Origin: a virus
Direction: 5' to 3' (one strand)
Virus record (IMG/VR): IMGVR_UViG_3300008807_000654
Span: 1 to 7,318 of that record
DNA: 7,318 nt
A program made the translations under genes and the position numbers. Positions 1 to 5,166 of this stretch are shown here, piece by piece (position 1 is the stretch's first letter; each line of letters begins with the position of its first letter). Under the pieces are notes generated by a model, which saw nothing but the letters and a program-made list of their open reading frames with translations, ran no database searches and was not told where the DNA came from.

Positions 1-99
1 GCGCAGCCGCGGCGGTGCGTACGGAGCGAAGCGACGGACGTGCCGCCGAGGGTGCGCAAGCACCTGCCCTCCCCGATGGTAATCACGGGGAGAACCTCA
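1..99. repeat. Left copy of the exact 99-nt direct terminal repeat (circular closure or terminal redundancy)
   Basis: Base-by-base comparison shows 1..99 identical to 7220..7318 (gcgcagccgcggcggtgcgt...ggggagaacctca). Confidence 0.97.
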
Positions 100-155
100 T
101 CCATCCGTCACCCCCTTGGTTCATCACACGGAACCTGCTGCGGCTCTTGCGCTGA
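1..155 (+). CDS. 3' portion of the wrap-around ORF that starts at 7093 (93 aa in total on the circle). Partial at the left window edge.
   Basis: The frame started at ATG 7093 continues through 7219/1 and ends at TGA 153-155. Third codon positions look GC-rich by eye. Confidence 0.5.
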   Translation, partial: AAAAVRTERSDGRAAEGAQAPALPDGNHGENLIHPSPPWFITRNLLRLLR

Positions 156-236
156 CGAGTGAAGCCGGTAGCCCTGCGTGCAGGGCCTCCGGGTCCATTC
201 CGGGCCTATTCAACCAACCTTTCTTGAGGAGTTCCT

Positions 237-446
237 ATGAACAAGTTCGCTCGCATCGTTCGTCAAAACCGCCTGGCCGTCGCCGGCGCGATCATGGCCG
301 CAGCAGGTGGCGCGCACGCCGAAGTGCCTGCTGCGATCACCACGGCCATCAGCACCATGCAGGCCGATGGCGTGACCGTCGCAACCGCCTTCGTCGTGGC
401 TGCCATCGCCGTGGCTGCGATCAAGTTCCTGCGCTCGGCCAAGTAA
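237..446 (+). CDS. Major coat protein (g8p-like), 69-aa precursor
   Basis: A strong Shine-Dalgarno GAGGAG (226-231) lies 5 nt before the ATG. The 28-aa signal peptide ends in AHA. The 41-aa mature part has an acidic N-terminus (E, D), a hydrophobic core (VATAFVVAAIAVAAI) and a basic C-terminus (KFLRSAK), the classical inovirus coat layout. It sits upstream of the g3p-like gene. Confidence 0.85.
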   Translation: MNKFARIVRQNRLAVAGAIMAAAGGAHAEVPAAITTAISTMQADGVTVATAFVVAAIAVAAIKFLRSAK

Positions 447-766
447 TGGCCTTCCAAGTCGGCTCCATCTGCTACGGCGAGGCTGAGGCCGCCGCAGCCG
501 CAATCGCATCGGCGCAAGTCGGTACGGTGGTCGCGCACGGTGGCGCCGCGTACGTGGTCAATGCGTCTGCGGTTGCCGCTGACTCGATCACGTACAGCCT
601 CGCTCCCATTCAAGGGGGCACTGCCATCGTTGTGCAGGCCCCCGTGTCGCCGCAGCCGTGCGGCTTGCTGGATTGGCAGGATGGTGCCGTGCTCGGTTGG
701 GGCGTGGCCTCAGTGTGGCTGGCTACGCTCGCTGTGATGTTCCTGCGCCGAGGAGTGCACGAATGA
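446..766 (+). CDS. Hypothetical 106-aa protein with a C-terminal membrane anchor (possible minor virion or morphogenesis protein)
   Basis: The ATG overlaps the coat stop codon (TAATG at 444-448). The in-frame part of track ORF 116..766 upstream of 446 overlaps the coat gene and is Arg/His-rich nonsense. The C-terminus is hydrophobic (AVLGWGVASVWLATLAVMFL) followed by RRG. Confidence 0.6.
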   Translation: MAFQVGSICYGEAEAAAAAIASAQVGTVVAHGGAAYVVNASAVAADSITYSLAPIQGGTAIVVQAPVSPQPCGLLDWQDGAVLGWGVASVWLATLAVMFLRRGVHE

Positions 767-834
767 CACCTGGCTTCGTTGTTATGTTCATCCTGCCGCT
801 GGGGGTTGCGTGGATCGTCGCGCGCATGCTCTAG
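763..834 (+). CDS. 23-aa hydrophobic peptide (MTPGFVVMFILPLGVAWIVARML), a g7p/g9p-like small membrane protein candidate
   Basis: It is too short for the ORF track. AGGAG at 751-755 lies 7 nt upstream of ATG 763. The ATG overlaps the upstream stop (ATGA at 763-766). The peptide is a single transmembrane-length hydrophobic stretch. Confidence 0.45.
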   Translation: MTPGFVVMFILPLGVAWIVARML

Positions 835-2144
835 TCGCTGGGCTGCTGCTTGGCTGGGCTGGGCTGGCGAGCGCGTTTTACACGAGCGTGACGCCCCCGG
901 CCGGGGTGAGTGCCACGTCTGCCGCATCGAACGCGATCGCTAACGCGCAGGCGTCGTCGAAGTTCACCAACACCGTGACGAAAATACCGGTGGCGATCCG
1001 CGTGGGTGCCGGTGCAGCGCGCATCGCTGCTCGTGCCATCGTCGGTGGGGGTGTGGTTGGAGCCGCCGTTGTCGGGGCTGCGTGGCTCGCTGAGAACTGC
1101 TTTGAAAAGCAGGGTGGCCAGTGGGTGCGGACCTGCTTCAACGATCAGCCGCAGTCAGATGGGTTCTACTACGGCGCGTCGTTCATTCACGGCGGTGGCG
1201 TGTCTAACAGGCGGTCGTGGGCCGAGGTGTGCGCTGCGGCTGTGGCCGCCTACAACCAATGGGGCGCGGGCCTTGAGCCACCTGCCGTGGCGACGTTGAC
1301 TGGCTCGTCCTGGCCTTCCAACGGCGATAGCCCTAAGTGTTCGAACACCGTCATGCGCGGCGGGTCGCCGTGGCTCACTGATACAGATTTGTTTCTTAAT
1401 CCGACGCGCAGTACGTCGCCCTGCCCTGCTGGGTGGTACTACACGGATCAAGGGTGCGTTGCGACGCCGCAGCCGCAGCCGGTTACGCCTCAGCAGATCG
1501 AGGACGAGATGGCGCCTAAGCCGGTGCCGCCTGCCGTGTGGCCGGAGCTGGTGCCGACACAGGTGCCTATCGAGTTGCCGACGCTCAATCCTGACCCGGC
1601 TGACCCGTCGAAGCCGATGCCGTGGAAGGAGCCGTCTGGCAATCCAGTGCCGATTCCGGACACGAATCCGCAGAGGTACAAGCAGCCGTGGGTGACGATC
1701 AAACCTGCGCCTACGCAAACCGATCCGTGGCGCGTTGATGTGCAGCCGGAGTCCACTGAGACGAACAGTCCGAATCCCGTTGGGCCTGATGGCATCGCGG
1801 GGCCGCAGACGAACAACGATCAGAAGAAGCCTGAGGACAAAGAGCCGGACCTGTGCGAGAAGCACCCGGACATCATCGCTTGCCAAAAGCTTGAATTCGA
1901 TACTCCGGATGCGCCCGATCTGGAGCAGAAAGAGCGCGGCGGGCCGATCACGCCCGATAGCGGCTGGGGTCCGGACGATGCGGCGTGCCCGGCACCGAGG
2001 CACGTGGTCGTGCAGGGGCGCGACATTCCGATTCCCTTTGATTTGTTTTGCCATTACATGTCCGGCCTGCGGCCGGTGATTCTGGCGATGGCGTGGCTTG
2101 CAGCGGCCTTCATCTTCGTTGGCGGCATTCGCTCGGGGGACTGA
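810..2144 (+). CDS. g3p-like adsorption / minor coat protein (444 aa), possibly with a TspB-type C-terminal domain
   Basis: It starts at a GTG and has a signal peptide (MDRRAHALVAGLLLGWAGLASA). A Cys-containing N-terminal region is followed by a long Pro-rich linker (TPQPQPVTPQQ...PVPPAVWPELVPTQVPIELPTLNPDPADPSKP...). The C-terminal anchor is PVILAMAWLAAAFIFVGG. It lies between the coat gene and the g6p-like gene. Confidence 0.75.
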   Translation: MDRRAHALVAGLLLGWAGLASAFYTSVTPPAGVSATSAASNAIANAQASSKFTNTVTKIPVAIRVGAGAARIAARAIVGGGVVGAAVVGAAWLAENCFEKQGGQWVRTCFNDQPQSDGFYYGASFIHGGGVSNRRSWAEVCAAAVAAYNQWGAGLEPPAVATLTGSSWPSNGDSPKCSNTVMRGGSPWLTDTDLFLNPTRSTSPCPAGWYYTDQGCVATPQPQPVTPQQIEDEMAPKPVPPAVWPELVPTQVPIELPTLNPDPADPSKPMPWKEPSGNPVPIPDTNPQRYKQPWVTIKPAPTQTDPWRVDVQPESTETNSPNPVGPDGIAGPQTNNDQKKPEDKEPDLCEKHPDIIACQKLEFDTPDAPDLEQKERGGPITPDSGWGPDDAACPAPRHVVVQGRDIPIPFDLFCHYMSGLRPVILAMAWLAAAFIFVGGIRSGD

Positions 2145-2145
2145 T

Positions 2146-2421
2146 ATGGCGGGACTTGGATCGTGGCTGGTCAGCCTTAGCGGGCCAATCATCAAAAAGG
2201 CGCTCACCAGCATTGGCGTGGGGGTGGTGAGCTACGCTGCTGTGGCCGGCGCGCTCAATGCGGCGCTTGGTGCGGCGAAGGCGGCCTGGGGGCAAATGGC
2301 TGGTGAGGCGCTCGCGCTGGTTCAGATGGCCGGCGTGAATACGGCCGCAAGCATTCTGGCCGGCGCTTTGACTGCGCGCGTGGCCTTGTCGGTGTTCAAG
2401 AAGCTGGAGTTGGTGAAGTAA
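2146..2421 (+). CDS. g6p-like small membrane protein (DUF2523-type), 91 aa
   Basis: ATG 2146 lies 1 nt after the g3p stop codon, with GGGGA 5 nt upstream. The protein has several Gly/Ala-rich hydrophobic segments (IGVGVVSYAAVAGALNAALGAA...). It sits immediately before Zot and ends in a TAATG overlap with it. The track start at 2098 overlaps the g3p gene and is unlikely. Confidence 0.7.
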   Translation: MAGLGSWLVSLSGPIIKKALTSIGVGVVSYAAVAGALNAALGAAKAAWGQMAGEALALVQMAGVNTAASILAGALTARVALSVFKKLELVK

Positions 2422-3506
2422 TGCTGACGCTGTTTACTGGCATGCCTGGCGCTGGCAAGACTGCTGCGCTGGTTGATTTGTTGCGAGGTATCGCAGGAAC
2501 TCGCCCGATCTATTCGGACGGGCTCAATGGGCTCAAGCTGGAGCACACGCCGGTCGACGCCACGAAGTGGCATGAGGAAGTCCCCGACGGTGCCGTGCTC
2601 GTCATTGATGAGGTGCAGCGTGTTTGGCGCCCTCGTGGGCCTGGGTCAAAGGTGCCTGAGGCGGTGCAAATGCTGGAGACTCATCGGCATCGCGGCATTG
2701 ATATTTTCGTGACGACGCAGAACCCCAGACTTGTCGACGCCAACGTCCGCGGGTTGGTCGGGCGGCACGTGCACATCCGCGATACCGGGTGGCTTGGACG
2801 GCAGTGGTACGAGTGGCCGGAGTGCAATGAGTCCATGGCGTGGAAGACTTGCCCCAACAAGCGAAAGTACAAGCTCCCAAAGGCTGCGTTCTCGCTGTAT
2901 ACGTCCGCCAGTGAGCACACTAAGCCGATCCGAAATACGCCGATCGCGCTTTACCTCGCGATCGGTGCCATTGGTGCGGCCGTGGTTGGTGGCGTGATGG
3001 TCGTGCGTACTGTTGGGGGCAAGGCTGCGCCTGCCGAGGCTAAACCCGCCACGCCGGCCGCGCAGAACTTGGTGATGGCTCCGGGTGGTGCATCGTCGCC
3101 CGCTACCGGTGGTCATGCGGGGCCGAAAGTGATCGACGATCGTGTCGACTGGATCCCACGAGTGTCGGGCCGGCCTGAGTCTGCGCCGGCCTACGACGAG
3201 ATCCGCAAGGTGTCAGCGATGCCGGTGGTCGTCGGGTGCATGGTGTTCAAGGGGCGCACGCGGTGCTACACGTCGCAGGGCACCGATGCGGGGCTTGATG
3301 AGCGAGAGGCCGCCCAGTGGATGCAGAGCCCGAGATTCGACCCGTACGCGCGCGAAGGCTCGCGGGAGGGCCGTGGCCAGGGGGTGGGCGGAAAAACGCC
3401 TGAGAACCCGCATAGCGGCCCGCAGGTGGTGCTGATCGAGGGGCCGGGCTTCCGTGATCCGCTGCGGCAACAGGTGAGCTCTGTCGTCGGTCGCGGCGAC
3501 AAGTAG
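2421..3506 (+). CDS. zot: Zot / pI-family phage assembly ATPase (361 aa)
   Basis: The N-terminal Walker A motif is GMPGAGKT and the Walker B-like motif is AVLVIDEVQ. There is a central transmembrane helix (IALYLAIGAIGAAVVGGVMVV) and a C-terminal extracytoplasmic domain. It occupies the canonical position after the g6p-like gene. Confidence 0.93.
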   Translation: MLTLFTGMPGAGKTAALVDLLRGIAGTRPIYSDGLNGLKLEHTPVDATKWHEEVPDGAVLVIDEVQRVWRPRGPGSKVPEAVQMLETHRHRGIDIFVTTQNPRLVDANVRGLVGRHVHIRDTGWLGRQWYEWPECNESMAWKTCPNKRKYKLPKAAFSLYTSASEHTKPIRNTPIALYLAIGAIGAAVVGGVMVVRTVGGKAAPAEAKPATPAAQNLVMAPGGASSPATGGHAGPKVIDDRVDWIPRVSGRPESAPAYDEIRKVSAMPVVVGCMVFKGRTRCYTSQGTDAGLDEREAAQWMQSPRFDPYAREGSREGRGQGVGGKTPENPHSGPQVVLIEGPGFRDPLRQQVSSVVGRGDK

Positions 3507-3510
3507 CGCA

Positions 3511-3567
3511 ACCGGTGGGAGTGACCTGGCGGAAATCGAAGATTTCCAGAGGGTCAGTCCTGCCGGT
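3511..3567 (+). other. Long imperfect hairpin directly after the assembly gene. Candidate packaging signal, complementary-strand origin or transcript-end structure.
   Basis: I paired it by hand. The 7-bp apical stem is GGAAATC/GATTTCC (3531-3537 with 3541-3547) around a gaa loop. A 5-bp stem TGACC/GGTCA (3522-3526 with 3552-3556) and the outer stems GGA/TCC and ACCGG/CCGGT follow. The total is about 20 Watson-Crick pairs plus 3 G-T pairs out of 27. No T-tract follows it. Confidence 0.55.
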
Positions 3568-3832
3568 GGAGCGGGCTATCGGAGCGGGCAGAACGCAACG
3601 GGAATTGCTATCGGTGTCGAGGCCAAACCGGGGCGGTGGTCCCCCATGGTGGAGCCTTGCGGGGCCCAGTCCATGAGGCGCATTGCTTCGGGGCAGCAGC
3701 GAGGCGCACACAATCTGATACAAATAGGCGCATCGGAAGGGTCGTTCAGGCGGGATGCCTACCTGCGCGGCACAGGGCAAACGGCACCACGGCCTCACTC
3801 GCGCTTGCAAAACAAGCCGCCGAAGGCGCGGG

Positions 3833-3846
3833 CCGTCGATCGACGG
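3833..3846. promoter_or_regulatory. Perfect 14-bp palindrome CCGTCGATCGACGG, 10 nt upstream of the small ORF / recombinase pair
   Basis: The sequence is exactly self-complementary. It is located between the non-coding region and ATG 3857. Its function (operator or recombinase site) is not established. Confidence 0.4.
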
Positions 3847-3856
3847 GGGCGCCTCG

Positions 3857-4051
3857 ATGGCAATGGATCAGCGGGACTACTGGATTGACCGGTTGCGCAA
3901 GCGCACCGGCTACAGGGAGCGTGCGCGCTTCCGGATGTCGGAGGCCGACATTCAGCGCCAGCGCAATCGACGCGGTTGGCTCGTGTGGCTCCTGGCGGCC
4001 GCCTCGTTCCTGCTGGCCGCCTGGCTGCTCGGTCGACTGTTGAGGAGCTGA
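3857..4051 (+). CDS. 64-aa arginine-rich, tail-anchored membrane protein (hypothetical)
   Basis: It starts at an internal ATG of track ORF 3755..4051. GC-rich third positions begin here, whereas the in-frame sequence upstream looks like nonsense. The N-terminal 40 aa are very basic and the C-terminus is a transmembrane helix (WLVWLLAAASFLLAAWLLG). Its stop codon lies 6 nt before the recombinase GTG, and the recombinase Shine-Dalgarno GAGGAG lies within its last codons. Confidence 0.55.
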   Translation: MAMDQRDYWIDRLRKRTGYRERARFRMSEADIQRQRNRRGWLVWLLAAASFLLAAWLLGRLLRS

Positions 4052-4057
4052 CCGCGG

Positions 4058-4609
4058 GTGGAATACGGCTATGGGCGTGTGTCAACGAATCAGCAAGACA
4101 CGGCGCTTCAGGAGGATGCGTTTCGGCGTGCAGGGGTGCGACGGGTTGTGACCGAAAAGTGGTCAGGGGTCGGCGTGCGTCCCGAGTTGCGCAAGCTGAT
4201 CGCTGGCCTACGGCCGGGCGATCGCGTCACGGTCTACAAGCTCGATCGGCTCGGCCGCAGCCTGCAGGATCTGTTGGCCATCCTCGAGCGCATAGACGCG
4301 GCCGGCGCGAGGTTCCGCAGCCTGACGGAGCCGATCGACACCACGACGCCGGCCGGAAAGCTCATGTACTCCGTGCTCGGTGCTGTTGCCGAGTTTGAGC
4401 GGTCAATCATTCGGGAGAGAACCCTCGCTGGCCAGGCGGCGGCAAGGGAGCGGGGGCGGTATGTCGGCAGGCCCCCGCACCTGACGTTGAAGCAATGCGA
4501 GCAGGTGGCGAAATTGCTCAGTCGTGGGCATGCCGTCGACGCGCTGGCCGATCGCTTCGGCGTGAATCCCTGGGTGATAAAGCGCGCGCCGCTGCGCTTA
4601 CAAAACTGA
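4058..4609 (+). CDS. Small serine recombinase, resolvase/invertase (Hin/Gin/Tn3-resolvase) family, 183 aa
   Basis: The N-terminus YGYGRVSTNQQD carries the catalytic Ser motif. Other family motifs are VYKLDRLGRS and EPIDTTTPAGKLMYSVLGAVAEFERSIIRERT. The C-terminus has an HTH (LKQCEQVAKLLSRGHAVDALADRFGV). It starts at a GTG, with GAGGAG 10 nt upstream. Confidence 0.93.
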   Translation: MEYGYGRVSTNQQDTALQEDAFRRAGVRRVVTEKWSGVGVRPELRKLIAGLRPGDRVTVYKLDRLGRSLQDLLAILERIDAAGARFRSLTEPIDTTTPAGKLMYSVLGAVAEFERSIIRERTLAGQAAARERGRYVGRPPHLTLKQCEQVAKLLSRGHAVDALADRFGVNPWVIKRAPLRLQN

Positions 4610-4865
4610 ACACTTTTGCACGCAGGCGCTTGAGCATTCGCGCCTTGCATGCGCTGTCGCGCTCGCTCTCCATCGCGGCGACAAACACCCAGTCCTTGGG
4701 GTCCTGGCCAAGCTCTTCGGCTAGTGCGCCAGCAATGGCTGGCGACAGGTGCCCGCGCGTCTTCGCGGTGTGAAGTGCGCCACGCGACAGCTTCAGCTTT
4801 TCAGTCCAAAACGGGGCCGGTTGCTGGGACAGCGCGGCATCTAGCAGAGACATGGTGGTTTGCAT
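4518..4865 (-). CDS. Putative HTH transcriptional repressor (RstR/cI-like in position), 115 aa
   Basis: It is the only minus-strand gene and is divergent from the Rep operon, the arrangement seen for repressors of lysogenic inoviruses. It has an HTH-like segment (LKLSRGALHTAKTRGHLSPAIAGALAEELG). The last 30 or so codons run antisense to the recombinase 3' end and look low-complexity. No clear Shine-Dalgarno precedes either ATG (codon 1 or codon 5). Confidence 0.6.
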   Translation of the reverse strand: MQTTMSLLDAALSQQPAPFWTEKLKLSRGALHTAKTRGHLSPAIAGALAEELGQDPKDWVFVAAMESERDSACKARMLKRLRAKVFSFVSAAARALSPRDSRRSDRPARRRHAHD

Positions 4866-4929
4866 AGTGGTAGTGCCTACATGTTGTAAACATGCCTACA
4901 AGGCGAAGGCATTGTGCAGGAGTGATTGA

Positions 4930-4942
4930 CTACAAGGTGTAG
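4930..4942. promoter_or_regulatory. Operator candidate CTACA-agg-TGTAG
   Basis: It has perfect 5-bp inverted arms with a 3-nt spacer. It lies in the spacer of the candidate TTGACT/CGTAAT promoter. Confidence 0.5.
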
Positions 4943-4964
4943 GTGAGGGCGTAATCCGGCGCAG

Positions 4965-4977
4965 CTACAGGTTGTAG
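4965..4977. promoter_or_regulatory. Operator candidate CTACA-ggt-TGTAG
   Basis: It has the same arms and spacer length as 4930-4942, and the two centres are 35 bp apart. It lies just downstream of the candidate -10 element. Confidence 0.5.
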
Positions 4978-5166
4978 TCATTCTTACCGGAGCGGCCATG
5001 CTTTCTTTCCCGTCTCACTGTGCTGTCTGCCGACAGCCTTGGTCCTTCAACCACGATTGCCCCCCCCGCTGGCGCCTCGAAAGAGGCAAACGGCGCTGAC
5101 AGCCTGGCCGCTCCGGCGCCTGGCCAGCGGGCGGGCACCCCTCCTGCCGTGTTCGTCGTCTCGTGG

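Larger units (their letters stand above)
4866..4997. promoter_or_regulatory. Divergent control region between the repressor and the replication operon, containing palindromic operator candidates and a candidate + strand promoter
   Basis: This is the most AT-rich intergenic stretch. The palindromes are CTACAtgtTGTAa (4877-4889), CATGTTgtaAACATG (4880-4894), CTACAaggTGTAG (4930-4942) and CTACAggtTGTAG (4965-4977). The direct repeat TGCCTACA occurs at 4874-4881 and 4893-4900. A -35-like TTGACT (4926-4931) is paired with a weak -10-like CGTAAT (4950-4955, 18-nt spacer). Confidence 0.6.

Noticed and set aside
116-766. 216-aa + strand ORF as listed in the track
   Set aside because: Its first 110 codons overlap the coat gene in another frame and encode an Arg/His-rich string. 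Only the part from ATG 446 (TAATG overlap with the coat stop codon) looks like a gene.
2098-2145. Upstream start for the g6p-like gene, as in the track (107 aa)
   Set aside because: It would overlap the g3p membrane-anchor codons by 47 nt and add a non-hydrophobic leader. ATG 2146 follows the g3p stop codon directly and has a GGGGA upstream.
1155-2213. 352-aa minus-strand ORF antisense to the g3p-like gene
   Set aside because: It is an Arg/Leu/His-rich low-complexity translation (RLRRR, RRRRF runs), typical of an antisense shadow frame in high-GC DNA. It has no Shine-Dalgarno or recognisable motif, and the + strand gene has clear protein features.
3531-3547. T-arm-like hairpin next to a TGG/CCA, read on the minus strand as ggaaa-tcttcga-tttcc-gcca, considered as a tRNA fragment or attP
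   Set aside because: There is no acceptor-stem strand between the stem and the CCA, no TTCGA-type T-loop in register, and no other tRNA arms. It is better explained as the apex of the larger 3511-3567 hairpin.
3756-3762. A third copy of the TGCCTAC operator half-site in the non-coding block
   Set aside because: It is only a 7-mer with no partner half-site. A match of this length is expected by chance in 7.3 kb read on both strands.
3247-4085. Several ORFs across the non-coding block and the small ORF (3247..3810 minus, 3636..4043 plus, 3646..3888 plus, 3795..4085 minus, and the 3755..3856 extension of the 98-aa ORF)
   Set aside because: The translations look like nonsense (Arg/Gly/Ala/Pro-rich). 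None has a convincing start context, and the frames are mutually overlapping. Only 3857..4051 shows a coherent protein architecture.
3507-5000. An invertible DNA segment, with Hin/Gin-style inverted recombination sites flanking a promoter
   Set aside because: I found no pair of 26-bp or so inverted repeats flanking the recombinase gene or the control region. The CTACA-N3-TGTAG dyads have an odd (3-nt) spacer, which is incompatible with a 2-bp staggered crossover, and they fit operators better.
5020-5166. N-terminal extension of the small leader ORF back to GTG 5020 (96-aa version)
   Set aside because: It has no ribosome-binding site and a low-complexity Ala/Pro/Gly sequence. Its third-position GC is only moderate and is equally explained by the opposite-strand frame. 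I kept only the 5167..5310 portion, at low confidence.
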